NCBI RefSeq assembly: GCF_028641065.1 | Contig: NC_073400.1 | Location: 5,332,001 to 5,396,000, forward strand | Reading direction: 5' to 3' | DNA length: 64,000 nt | From: Leucoraja erinacea | Taxonomy: Eukaryota | Shown: piece after piece, positions 37,955 through 50,240 of the stretch | How positions within the stretch are numbered: position 1 is the first letter of the stretch | Layout: every line of letters begins with the position of its first letter | Notes under the pieces: generated by a model | Told to the model about the DNA's origin: nothing | The model's input: only the letters and a program-made list of their open reading frames with translations | Database searches by the model: none | Program-made: the position numbers and the translations under genes

Positions 37955-39211
37955 AGGGCCTGTCCCACTAACATGACTTTTCAGCAACTGTATTCGACCT
38001 TCAAGATCGCCTGAAAGGACTNNNNNNNNNNNNNNNNNNNNNNNNNNNNNNNNNNNNNNNNNNNNNNNNNNNNNNNNNNNNNNNNNNNNNNNNNNNNNNN
38101 NNNNNNNNNNNNNNNNNNNNNNNNNNNNNNNNNNNNNNNNNNNNNNNNNNNNNNNNNNNNNNNNNNNNNNNNNNNNNNNNNNNNNNNNNNNNNNNNNNNN
38201 NNNNNNNNNNNNNNNNNNNNNNNNNNNNNNNNNNNNNNNNNNNNNNNNNNNNNNNNNNNNNNNNNNNNNNNNNNNNNNNNNNNNNNNNNNNNNNNNNNNN
38301 NNNNNNNNNNNNNNNNNNNNNNNNNNNNNNNNNNNNNNNNNNNNNNNNNNNNNNNNNNNNNNNNNNNNNNNNNNNNNNNNNNNNNNNNNNNNNNNNNNNN
38401 NNNNNNNNNNNNNNNNNNNNNNNNNNNNNNNNNNNNNNNNNNNNNNNNNNNNNNNNNNNNNNNNNNNNNNNNNNNNNNNNNNNNNNNNNNNNNNNNNNNN
38501 NNNNNNNNNNNNNNNNNNNNNNNNNNNNNNNNNNNNNNNNNNNNNNNNNNNNNNNNNNNNNNNNNNNNNNNNNNNNNNNNNNNNNNNNNNNNNNNNNNNN
38601 NNNNNNNNNNNNNNNNNNNNNNNNNNNNNNNNNNNNNNNNNNNNNNNNNNNNGAAAGCGGGGGAGCGCTGTCTGAAATTCACACCCGCGATGAACAGGAA
38701 GGTAAAAGACGGCTGGCACAGTGTACGGTAAGTCCTTTAGTGAGCGCGGAGGGGAGGGGGAGGAGGAAAGGAGGGGAAGGGAAGAGAAGGGGAGAGAGAA
38801 AGGGAGAGCGAAGGGGAGGGAAGGGGAGGCGAAGGAGAGGAGACACTTTTAAGAAGCCAGCCAACTTTTAATAAGGTTTAGCAGGCATTTAACCTACCGG
38901 TTGGTTTTTCTTGGTTCCGAAAACTCCAATGAGCCAATTAAAATGCACAGTCAGTGAAGGAGATTGCCTACGGCTGCCCTCGACTGCCTGTAACTACATA
39001 GCGACCCCACTCCACTGCACTACGAGTTCAAAAGAACCATGCCGACCAATATTTACTCGCGGAAAAGTTTTCAGTATGCGGGAAATTCCCTCGAGCATGA
39101 AGGAGAGTTCCAGTGACCTCCTAGGACCACGTGTCGACCATTCTGCCAGTTTGAGTCCAGCTCAATCTCTTCTAAACTCGCAAATTAGGTCCCCGCAGTG
39201 GGACAGCCCCT
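37955..39211. mobile_element. Harbinger-type MITE ends spanning an assembly gap
   Basis: Left AGGGCCTGTCCCACT and right AGTGGGACAGCCCCT-TTA. May be two elements because of the gap. Confidence 0.6.
38022..38652. other. Assembly gap (N)
   Basis: Run of N. Confidence 1.
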
Positions 39212-40864
39212 TTATCATGAAAGGTTGCTCACTCTCCAGCTTATCAGTGCCCCTCATATTTTCTGCACCTACATCAGATCCTCCTCTGCCAAACCCAATC
39301 ACTCCATGGTCTCTTGGGAACTGGAAGGTCCATCCTTGGTCTGCATCCTGGTAAATCTCCTCCGCACCCTGCACAGTGGAGTTATGTAGTTCATGCAATG
39401 TGCTATTCAGAACACATGCAATATTCCAGTTACAGCCTTTGCCGTGATGTCTATGCTGTTATATTATATGCTGCAGGGCAATGAAGGCCAGCACCCCAGA
39501 TCTTTCACATCCATCTGAAAGAGCGGATACGGCCAACAGGGAACTCAAACAGTGCAGCACTTGCATTGAAAGGTGACTGTCTGGGGTTTCACACCAATCT
39601 TTACAGAGCCGAGTCTGAACGAAGAACCTACTGACTAAAAAGCATCTGTGTTACCAGCTGAATCAAAGCTAATAGATGATGCTAGTTTATTACCTGTGAA
39701 GGAACTGATTGAGGATCAGTTCTCTTAGTGTGAAGATTCATGCTGTGGACAAGTCTCACAGCTGATAGATTGTCCTGCCCTCAGTATTCCTGGCATCATG
39801 TGAAGATTTCCTGCAATTTAAGGAGCCCTATCTGCATATGAAATGTCTTTCTATTCTGGATATTGCCTCTGTTAATTATAATAAAACTAACGTCCATGGG
39901 CAAGTGATTGTTGGCTTGATGGGTCGAATAAAGCAGGACATTTTGTTTCCTTTGAGGCACTGAGTAACTACTGTTAGTAACAGGAATCTACAGCCCAGTG
40001 ATTGACCATTGACTTTAACAATGCTGCACGCTGCATCAGTTTCCTCCCTCGCCTTGTTGTGTAACATAGTGAAATAACCTTTGGTCCACTCTCTTCCCCC
40101 TGTTTATCTAGCTTGCTACTAAAGGCGTCTACATCTGTTTCACAAATACTCATTGCAGCAGTATGTTCTCCATTCCCCCTGCTCCACCATTCTCCACGTG
40201 AAGAAGTTGCTTTTGAAAGTAACGCACAAACTTTTCCGCACTGACTATTCAACAGAAGACATTCTGGATAGATACTGGGGGGTATCGCCCTGCTCACTAG
40301 TTCCTGTGAGGGGAACTTCCACTTCATTCTCCATAGCAGTGTGTATGTCTGTGTCTGTGTGTGGCATCACTTTAATTCACAATTTTTGGCTTTCCAGAAG
40401 TAATTTCCAGGAATTGGCGTGATGGCAAGTACTCAGCGCCTCACAGCTCATGAGCAAAGCTGACATTCTGCAGGCTGTTGGCTTGCTGTTGCACCACTTA
40501 AAATGCACAGACAGCAATTCCAGCCAAGGATCTGTGCATTTTGCGTTTAACTGCAGGAGATCTGCGGCAGTGTGCGGAATGAACAGCGCTCAGTGGGGTT
40601 ACAGTCTCTGGAGCTGAGCCCCTGAATTACAGGAGGAATGCGTATTGTAAGGGAGAAGCTGCTGGAAGAGGAAGGAATGCAGAGCGGGAATAAAGGAAAG
40701 GAAGGAAAAGACTTGCATTTATGAACTTTCATCTCACTTGCTCATGCAATTGTGCTCAAGAATAATTCATTATTTTTCTAATTTTACTAATGAGAACACT
40801 CTCACATGGAGGTCGTCTTTGACCTTGGTGATGTGAGATACAATCACTAATTCTGGTTCTTCCT

Positions 40865-41735
40865 CTTCTTGATAGGTAGCACCATGAACAATGATGAGAC
40901 GGAGTACAGAAAGGAGATAGCGGACTTAGTGATACGGTGTCAGGGAAACGACGTCTCCCTCAATGTCAGCAAGACAAAAGAGTTAGTTGTTGACTTCGGG
41001 AAGCATGGTGGTACATTCCCCATCACCATCGATGTGGATGTGGAATGATCTGCCATGGACCAATGATCTGCCATGGACCACCCACATCGATGCAACAGCC
41101 AAGAAGACACACCAATGCCTCTACTTCCCGAGGAGACTGAGGAAATTCGGCATGTCCCCAGTGACTCTGTCTCATTAACGTCTGCAGATGCTCCATGTCG
41201 GGTTGCATCACAGCTTGGTTTGAGAACGGCTCTGCCCAAGACTGGAAGAAATTGCAGAGAGTTGTTGATGTAGCCCCGTCAGTCCATCACACAGACCAGA
41301 TTTCTCACCACTGCCTCCATCTACACTTCACGCTGCCTCGGGAAAAGCAGCCAAAATAATCAAAGACTAGTCCCACTCTGGTCAAGCCTTCCTTTCCCTG
41401 CTCCCATCTGGCAGACGTTACAGAAGGTTGAAAGCACGCACCACCACACCGAGGAACAGCTTCTTCCCTTTGTTATAAAGCTTCTGAACGGTCATTCCAT
41501 AATATAGGATACCGTTTGCTTCACCTCCTCCACATTGAGGGCATTGTACTTTGTCTAAGGAACTGATGCGCTACAAAGCTGAGAACTCTATTCTACACTC
41601 TGTATCTTCCCCATTGCTCTATCTATTGTACTGGAGTTTGAACCTTATTATATCTATGTATGTTATATCTGATCTTTGGATAGCATGCAAAACAAAGCTT
41701 TCAGATGTGCCTTGGTACACATAACATTAATAAAC
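40865..41735 (+). mobile_element. Decayed Rex1/Babar LINE 3' part
   Basis: Remnants NNDETEYRKEIADLV..SLNVSKTKELVVDFGK.., LLPSGRRY-like end, AATAAA tail. Same clade as 61675-64000. Confidence 0.8.
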
Positions 41736-41935
41736 CTAAACATAAATCTGCTTTTCTCCTCCTTCACCTCCACCGTCATCTCATCACTCACCTTTTGGGT
41801 CCCTATCTTGCCCCAATCCTGTCCGCATCTATACACCGTCCCTCCCTCTGGCCCTACATTTCCCACCTTTCTTTCCTATCACATTCAAAGATCTGCAGCT
41901 CTTTGCATTCTTCACATATCATCCCCATTTCAGTA

Positions 41936-42231
41936 GGGATGGCACAGCGGTAGAGTTGCTGCCTTACAGCGCCAGAGACCCGCGTTTGATTCTGACTACG
42001 GGCGCTGTCTGTTAGGAGTTTGCACGTTCTCCCTGTGTCGGCGCGGGTTAACTCTGGTGCTCCGGTTTCGTCCCACATCCGAAAGGCGTGCAGGTTGGTA
42101 GTTAATTGGCTTCTGTAAATTGTCCTTAGTGTGTAGGATAGTAACTGGAGTCTGGGATGATCACTGGTCGGCGTGGATTCAATGGGCCGAAGGACCTATT
42201 TCTGTACTGTATCTCTAAAGTAGAGTCTAAA
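41936..42231 (+). mobile_element. HE1-like V-SINE inserted in a decayed PLE 3' UTR (~41740-42470)
   Basis: tRNA head GGCACAGCGGTAGAGTTGCTGCC, V-domain, CR1-like tail. Confidence 0.85.
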
Positions 42232-42528
42232 GAGTATCTTCACCTTTCTCACACCACCGTTTACATCTACCAATCAAACCCTCTTCATCTGGTCCCACCG
42301 ATCACTTGCCAGTTCCTGCTCTTTCTACCAGCAATTATCCCTCGACTCCAGAAGCAAGGTCCTCATTTAAATGGTCATCTGTCCATTTCCCTCCACGGAT
42401 GCCGCCTGGCCCACTGAGTGACTCCAGCAGATTGTTTTTGCAAGATTCCAGCACCTGCAGTCTCTTCTCTCTGCATTGGGGTCCTTATCTGTACTAATAC
42501 TACTATTTAAATATAATTTATCATAACA

Positions 42529-43062
42529 TCTGAGGAAGGACATTATTGCCATAGAGGGAGTGCAGAGACGGTTCACCAGACTGATTCCTGGGATGTCAGG
42601 ACTGTCTTATGAAGAAAGACTGGATAGACTTGGTTTATACTCTCTAGAATTTAGAAGATTGAGAGGGGATCTTATAGAAACTTACAAAATTCTTTAAGGG
42701 GTTGGACAGGCTAGATGCAGGAAGATTGTTCCCGATGTTGGGGAAGTCCAGGACAAGGGGTCACAGCTTAAGGATAAAGGGGAAATCCTTTAAAACCGAG
42801 ATGAGAAGAACTTTTTTCACACAGAGAGTGGTGAATCTCTGGAACTCTCTGCCACAGAGGGTAGTTGAGGCCAGTTCATTGGCTATATTTAAGAGGGAGT
42901 TAGATGTGGCCCTTGTGGCTAAGGGGATCAGGGGGTATGGAGAGAAGGCAGGTACAGGATACTGAGTTGGATGATCAGCCATGATAATATTGAATGGCGG
43001 TGCAGGCTCGAAGGACCGAATGGCCTACTCCTGCACCTAATTTCTATGTTTCTATGTTTCTA
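42529..43062 (+). mobile_element. CR1 3' fragment, near-identical to 2849-3380 in inverted orientation
   Basis: Same C-terminal peptide, about 4 differences seen in ~530 bp, flanked by ATAACAT duplication. Confidence 0.95.
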
Positions 43063-43167
43063 TAACATAGGCAAACATGACAGTGAACATGAGCTAATTG
43101 TATTTATTTAATTCTTAATGTATTCATTTGACAATGCCACAGGACAATGAGCTAAATGACCAAAGAG

Positions 43168-43355
43168 TTTTGGTAGGAACTGCAGATGCTGGTTTAAACG
43201 GAAGATAGACACAAAAGGCTGGAGTAACTTGGCGGGACAGGCAGCATCTCTGGAGAGAAGGAATGGGTGCGTTTCAAGTCGAGACCTTCTTCAGTCCTTT
43301 TCCTTTTCTTCAGAGAAGCTGTCCGACTCCTCCGAGCTATTCCAGCTTTTTGTGT
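43168..43355. mobile_element. PLE fold-back insert with ~16-bp TSD
   Basis: CTAAATGACCAAAGAG (43152-43167) and CTAAATAACCAAAGAG (43356-43371). Confidence 0.8.
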
Positions 43356-44217
43356 CTAAATAACCAAAGAGCCTGTCTTGGTGATGTCTTAATACTAGTC
43401 CGTTTTAACTCATGCTTTGGACACTTTTACATCCACCTCCACACTCAGAGCAAGGTTGAACTTCTCATTCATAAGAAACCATCTTTGACGGAACTGTTTT
43501 TATTCATTAATGCTCCAAATCATCACGGATGCAAGTTAAATATTTTTTCTACAGATTTCCTCAGAAGAATTATTCTCTTCATGTCAAGAAAATGAACAGA
43601 TTTTTATTATCTCGACAGACGGTTAAATGGCCTTTAATCCACCACATGCAGTTCAGATAATAATTGAACAAAACGAGCAACAAAAGTATGCAGTCATTGT
43701 CAATTTATAAAGGCACGGTATAATCGAGCCATAGGCTCATACAACATGGACCCAGGCCCTTTGGCCCAACTTTCCCATGCTGACCAAGATGCTTCCACCT
43801 GCGCACGTTTGGCCTATATCCCTCTAACCACTTTCTTATCCGTATACCTGTCCAAATGTCACGTAAATGTTATTATAGTACCATATGCCCACCACCCTTT
43901 GTGTGAAAAGGTTGCCCCGCAGGTTACTATTAAATCTTGGTGGATTCCCCTTTGCAGATATTCATCTTCTTTACTTGGAGACTCCAGAAAAATTCAGAAG
44001 GTTAGGAGACTACCCTAATTACCATTAAAAATTCGATTGAAATTTGCAATGGAATATGCTGAAAGTTATCATCTCCCACTGACATCATGAGGAAAATATG
44101 TGTCTACCATCAACTAGGCCAAAGGAACATTAAAATTGGCACGCTCCCCCTCTCACTTCTGCTGCTTTTCTTCCGTACCATTTGAAACCAGAAAAGTTTT
44201 CTTTGAAAAAAACTTAC

Positions 44218-44438
44218 TACGTAACATTACTTTGCCAAATACAGTGTGGTCCCTGGCCAGGGTGCTACAGTTCCACCTGTGATGCCGGAATTGCTGCTGG
44301 CATTCCCGAATCCACTCCAAGGCTCCTTCCCCTATTGATTGCATGATGTCAGGATGCTTCTGACACAACTGCCGCTGCTTGTTCACCAGTCCTGGGATGT
44401 TGTCACAGATCACACGAGCTCCCAGAGCCCCAATATAC
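44218..44438 (-). CDS. wnt2b: wnt2b coding exon 2 (221 nt)
   Basis: CAG acceptor 44441-44439. Encodes (W)[79 protein letters not shown] donor at 44217-44212. Confidence 0.97.
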
Positions 44439-44634
44439 CTGCGGGCGAGATCAGTTCAGTCAGATCACATAACTGCTTTAAAACAGCACCAATACAGTTT
44501 CAAATAAATTGCTGAAAATCAGACAATCGTGGAAAACAAAAATGCATATTCATTGCCATAGGAATGTTATGAATTAGCCCTGCTTCTGAACCCACACCTT
44601 ATGCAAATGTTTTTTTGTAAATATCTATTGTATC

Positions 44635-44812
44635 TGATGTATTCAAGGGACAGTTGGATATAGCTCTTGGGGCTAGCGGAATCAAGGGATATGGGGAGAA
44701 AGCAGGAACGGGGTACTGATTGTGGATGATCAGCCATGATCATATCGAATGGCGGTGCTGGCTCGAAGGGCCGAATGGCCAGCACCTGCACCTATTTTCT
44801 ACGTTTCTATGT
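44635..44812 (+). mobile_element. Short CR1 3' end
   Basis: GGATATGGGGAGAAAGCAGG..GGCTCGAAGGGCCGAATGGCC, with TTCTATGT tail. Confidence 0.85.
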
Positions 44813-44961
44813 TTTTATTCAGTTTTCCTTTGAAACATTCTATGCAATCTAATTTCCTTTCAGGCTGTGTGTTCCAGATCAATAGGTAACACAACTAGAT
44901 AGAGTGGAAGTGAAGGCATATAATTAGCTTGCCTTCATTCATTGAGACATTGTGCTGAAGA

Positions 44962-45160
44962 GTGTAGGAAGGAAGGTGCTGGTTTAAACCGAAGATAGAC
45001 ACAAAATGCTGGAGTAACTCAGCGGGATAGGCAACATTTCTGGAGAGAAGGAATGGGTGACGTTTTGGGTCTGAAGAAGTGTCTCGATCCGAAACGTCAC
45101 TCATTCCTTCTCCCCAGAGATGCTGCCTGGCCCACTGAGTTACTCCAGCATTTGATGTTT
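44962..45160. mobile_element. PLE fold-back insert
   Basis: Inverted arms with junction TTTTGGGT|CTGAAGAAG, the same junction as at 33470. Confidence 0.85.
45067..45102 (+). ncRNA. Minimal type I hammerhead motif with a stem I created by the fold-back junction
   Basis: GGGT-CTGAAGA-AGTGTCTCGATCC-GAAAC-GTC-ACTC. Stem I GGGT/ACTC; stem II has a mismatch. Confidence 0.55.
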
Positions 45161-46399
45161 ATCATTGAATTGAAGAATCATGAGCCATGATATGATTGTC
45201 TAATCTGAGAAGCCTCTGATGTCCCTGACAGTGGAATGGGCTCCAATTATTCGCTGCATGTATGTCCTTCATCATTTTTAATTTGACTTCTCCAGCCATT
45301 TAACCCTGTCCTGAGTGTTTAGGTTCAATTTTGACCATCAGTGGTGAAGGATGACGGTAGTGGATTAACTGGCCAACTGGACAGTGGATCCAGGACACGA
45401 GGGTGGCCAGTTTATCTTCACTCACTGATCTCCACTGGTACCAGGGAAAAGGTATTATCTTAAAGTTCTTAAGTCCTACCAACTACCATCTAGTCTTGCC
45501 TCCCATGCCACCTTATCAAGTAAGACCATTGGGCATGGGCTAACAAGCCTTGCATTCACCTTCCCCTTCACTCAGCAAAGATGATGTGACATGAGAGAAT
45601 AATTATAGAACATAAAACATAAAACAGTACAGCACAGCAACAGACTCTTTGGCCCTTTATGTTTGTGTCGACCATGATGCCTATCTAAACTAATTCCATC
45701 TGCCAGCATATCCCCTCTATTCTCTGCCTGTTCATGTACCTGTATAAATGCCTCTTAAACATCGCTATGACATTTGCTTCCCCTCCATTGGCAGTGAGTC
45801 CCAGTCACCTCTGTGTAAAAACTTGGAAATGTCCTTTAAACTTGCCTTATCTCACCTTATGCCCTCTGCCCTCTCCAGTTGACAGCTGCCCTTGATGGTT
45901 CCACTGGGGAAAGCGCCTGTCCATTTATCTACACCCTATCCATGCCTGTCATAAATGTTACACCAATCTTGTCAACCCTCAGATAAGACAGGCCCTTTCC
46001 CCTCACCACACAACATTCAGTATCCTGGTGAAAGCCAGTGATGGGTTTAGAAACCAAGACCATTCTTCCAAGAGCCGTACGTGGGTTCATCATGTAGACA
46101 TCATGAGGAAGGATCAGTTTTCCACATGTGTCCTTTCCTGGTGAGTGGAGGGCAAGGCAAGGGTCTACTTGCCCCATTAGAACCAATTTTCCCCATCTAC
46201 CTTTGAAGCCAACAGCACAGAGATGTCATTCCACCCGTCTTCTATGCGTTGGGCCTCAGTCAGATGAATACCTGGATATGTGGGAGATTTTGTCACACCA
46301 AGTGTGGCTGTGTATAAAGTGTGCAATCAATGGGTGTGCACTCAATGGTGAAATACTGTCAGATCTTGGGGTGGGGGCTAGTTGGTTGGATGAGATTAC

Positions 46400-46565
46400 T
46401 TGTGTGGGAAGGAACTGCAGATGTTGGTTTCAACCGGAGATAGGTACAAAAAGTTGAAGTAACTCAGCGGTACAGGCAGCATCTCTGGAGAAGGGGAATA
46501 GGTGACGTTTCGGGTCGAGGCCCTTCTTCCGACTGAGAGTCAGGGGAGAGTGAAATGGAAAAGAT
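46400..46565 (-). mobile_element. PLE terminal repeat (core mutated to CGGAAGA)
   Basis: Recurrent repeat plus the start of the PLE 3' UTR (GAGAGTCAGGGGAGAG). Confidence 0.75.
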
Positions 46566-46950
46566 TACTTGTTGAAAGCTAGGGGCTGACAGAAAATAAA
46601 GTGATTTAAAACGAACCCTGACCCTTGGCTGGCAACCTCTCTGCAAGCTGCTCTCTCCAAAACCCCCACTCCAATTATTTAGAAGAGGGTGTGTGAAGCC
46701 GCCTCCTCTGGAAAGGGAAGAGACTCATGGAGCACAATGAAGCACGAGGCGTGTGCAGTGGCTGGCTGTCCGCTGCATGAATAAGAGCAATCCTTTGAGC
46801 AAGTTGTAGGAGTAGAATGAGGCCATTCGGCCCATCGAGTGTCCTCCGCCATTCAATCATGGCTGATCTTGTGGAGCTGTAGCTGAGGGGCAATTACAAT
46901 GCCCGTGTTGTCAGCTGCTGCATGAGCGAGGCAGATGCCCCACCCCCCAT

Positions 46951-47078
46951 CAGTCTGAAGAAGAGTTTCGGCCCGAAACGTCGCCTATTTTCTTCGCTCC
47001 ATAGATGCTGCTGCACCCGCTGAGTTTCTCCAGCAATTTTGCGTACCTTCGATCTTCCAGCATCTGCAGTTCCTTCTT
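46951..47078 (+). mobile_element. PLE terminal repeat, second subfamily, with hammerhead core at 46955-46982
   Basis: CAGTCTGAAGA-AGAGTTTCGGCCC-GAAACGTC-GCCTATT..GCTCCATAGATGCTGCTGCACCCGC. Relatives at 53658-53790 (-) and 56583-56680 (+). Confidence 0.78.
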
Positions 47079-47529
47079 GGACACTTGTTCTCTCTCCTTG
47101 TTTGTTTCCTATTTATGAATCTCTGCTTCATGATGGACAACTGCGCCTCGTTCGCTGTAATCAGCGACAAAGCCGAATGATACGGTTCACATGATGCCAG
47201 TCACTTGCTTTTGTGAAATGTTGTTGTGAAATGCACCAGCTCTCATGAGGAGAAATTGGCCCCCTTAGTGGCTGCTGTCCCCTTCATTGATGTAATAATA
47301 CAAACATTTTGTCTATAGTCGCTATGCCTTATAGTTTCAAGTGCTCATCTAAATCCTTCTTAAAAGTTTTTAGTTTTCCTGCCTTTTCCACACTCTCTAG
47401 AGTGTGATCCAGATTCTAACTGCCCCCTCATCCTTCTAAACTTCAACAAGTATAGACCTCCACTGGACCCTCTGCAGAGCCAGCACATCCTTCCAAATAT
47501 AGTGCCCAAAATTGCCCACAATACTCCAA

Positions 47530-47850
47530 ATGACAATAGACAACAGACAATAGCTGCAGGAGGAGGCCATTCGGCACTTCGAGTCAGCACCGCCATTCAC
47601 TGTGATCATGGCTGATCATCCACAATCAGTACCCCTTCTCCCCATATCCCTTGACTCCACTATCTTTAAGAGCTCTATCTAACTCTCTCTTGAAAGCATC
47701 CAGAAAATCGGCCACCACTGCCTTCTGAGGCCAGAGAATTCCACAGCTTCACATCTCTCTGGATGAAAAAAGTTTTTCCTCATCTATGTTCTAAATGGCC
47801 TACCCCTTATTCTTAAACTGTGGCCCCTGGTTCTGGACTCCCCCAACATG
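47530..47850 (-). mobile_element. CR1 3' fragment
   Basis: (GACAATA)n tail and ORF2 end. Confidence 0.85.
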
Positions 47851-48689
47851 TGGCCTGACCAGCGAAGCCTCTGCTTCTGCCTGATTCCCATGTCTTTGAG
47901 AATGTCTGTGTTTGAGAATCCATCACTCTTCGATCTGAATATGTTTGAAGCAACTGATTATCTAAGCAGTGTATTCCAAAGAGTGAGAACATTCTGAGTG
48001 CAGTCTTGTGTGCCTAGAAATTCTCTCCTGGTCTGGAGAGGGAGACACAATGGCAAGTGCTACTCTGCCTCTGAAATTCACTCTGTTGATACAAAGCATT
48101 GTGCTGTGAGGAAGGGTTCTTTCTGCTGTGGCCAACTAGCTGGTGTTTTATGCATGGGCCCAAATATTAAGCCTCGGTGTAAATACACAGTGTTATAAAA
48201 CCTACCAATTAAATGTAACTTGTAAAACGCGTAAATTGTTTCCTAGTACAACTGATGACTACAAATCCAACACGGTGACTAAAGCAAGGACAGGATGTAA
48301 AATAACCCCAAATATGGAATGCATTATATGTTCCCAATGCAACAATATCTCAGTAAGGACAAGTATATGTCGAGATCCATTCGGTCGATGATCTGTGATA
48401 ACTCCCTTTCCTTAAAAAAAATTCTGAACACATAGTGAATCTGAAAGAATTTATAATAAAGCCTAAATGTAGATATTAGAATGATTTTGCAACAAAGGAA
48501 ATGGAAAAGCAGACGGATATGGGCATCTACAGAATCTGGCACATGTATAAATACCCCTATGTATAAAGTCAAAGGCGGACTCGCACAAATAAAGTTTTAC
48601 ATAAGTCCAGAGTATATTCTCCTAGTAAAAGTTATTATAACTGATGTTGGAATATGTTTTATATTCTGTATTCATGGTTTCATGGTTTG

Positions 48690-49142
48690 AAACACACTTA
48701 CAGACACTCACACCTGGACACACATATACACGCAGACAGACAGACACACACACACACATATACAGACAGTCGCACACACATATACAGACACTCACATAAG
48801 GATGCACATATACACACAGACACACACACACGCATACAGACACTTAAATATGGACACACATATGTATACATGCAGAGAGACACACATGCACACACATACA
48901 TGCAGACAGACAGACTGACAGTCACACACACACATACAGACACTTATATATGGACACACATACGTATACATGCAGAGACACACATGCACACACATACATG
49001 CAGACAGACAGACTGACAGTCACACACACACACATACAGACACTCACATATGGACACACATATACATACAGACAGACAGACACACACACACACACATACA
49101 GACAGGCACACACACAGGCAGACACCTACATATGGACACACA
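48690..49142. repeat. Compound (CA)n / CA-rich low-complexity tandem array
   Basis: Imperfect ~90-100-bp higher-order units of CACA/CAGA/CATA running into the gap. Confidence 0.9.
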
Positions 49143-49400
49143 NNNNNNNNNNNNNNNNNNNNNNNNNNNNNNNNNNNNNNNNNNNNNNNNNNNNNNNNNN
49201 NNNNNNNNNNNNNNNNNNNNNNNNNNNNNNNNNNNNNNNNNNNNNNNNNNNNNNNNNNNNNNNNNNNNNNNNNNNNNNNNNNNNNNNNNNNNNNNNNNNN
49301 NNNNNNNNNNNNNNNNNNNNNNNNNNNNNNNNNNNNNNNNNNNNNNNNNNNNNNNNNNNNNNNNNNNNNNNNNNNNNNNNNNNNNNNNNNNNNNNNNNNN
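49143..49400. other. Assembly gap (N)
   Basis: Run of N. Confidence 1.
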
Positions 49401-50212
49401 AAATGTTCTCTCCTGTAGAAGCAGCATGAACAATGAAAAATGTTGACATTTCTCAATCAATTGCATGTGAAGGAAGGATTTCCAACATCACTGAAGGATT
49501 TTGCTCATGGGGTCTCCGTGCGTTTCCTGGTGAGAAACTGTCAACAATATCGGAGACTGGGTTATCTCCGAAATGACCTGAAATTCAATCACCTCGACAT
49601 GGGTGTAGGTTATATGGATTCTGTGTTTTACTCAAACAGAAGCACATCAAGGGCATTTACAGGCTGTGCTGTAGATAATGCGGAACTGGCATGTAAGGCA
49701 AGATCTGAAGTGTTGAATGTGTTTTTTAATTCGAGGGATTTTCTGTCATTGTAACTCTGAGGAATCTTTGACTATAGTAATATTAAAAATCACGTCACAA
49801 TTTGGAATAGAAAATAAGATAAAAGCAACAGAGAGAAAGTCAAAAGGGGGGGAATGGCAAACTCTGGTGATCAAATGTAATTTAAGAAACTTCTCTTAAG
49901 GGTTGGGGGAAATGCAATATCGATTGATGGGATATGGTGAGCATATTTGTGGAGGGAATTTGACATATTTGGAATCAGTGACGAGTCTTAGTTAGAAAAA
50001 TCATAGAGTCATGGAGCATGGAAACAGGTCCTTCAGCCAAACGCTCCATGCAGACCAAGATACCTAACCAGACTAACCCAACTTGATTGCATCTAACCAA
50101 TATCCCTCCAAACCTGTCCCATCCGATAGGAGAGCAAAGGATATGGAGATAGACACAAAAATCTGGAGTAACTCAGCAGGACAGGCAGCATCTCTGGAGA
50201 GAAGGAATGGGT

Positions 50213-50240
50213 GACGTTTCGGGTCGAGACCCTTCTTCAG
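50213..50240 (-). ncRNA. Consensus minimal hammerhead core within a PLE repeat (50145-50245), sense to wnt2b intron 1
   Basis: Minus strand reads CTGAAGA-A-GGGTC-TC-GACCC-GAAAC-GTC: intact core, perfect stem II, palindromic ACGT loop III and GUC cleavage triplet. Stem I is weak. Confidence 0.6.
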
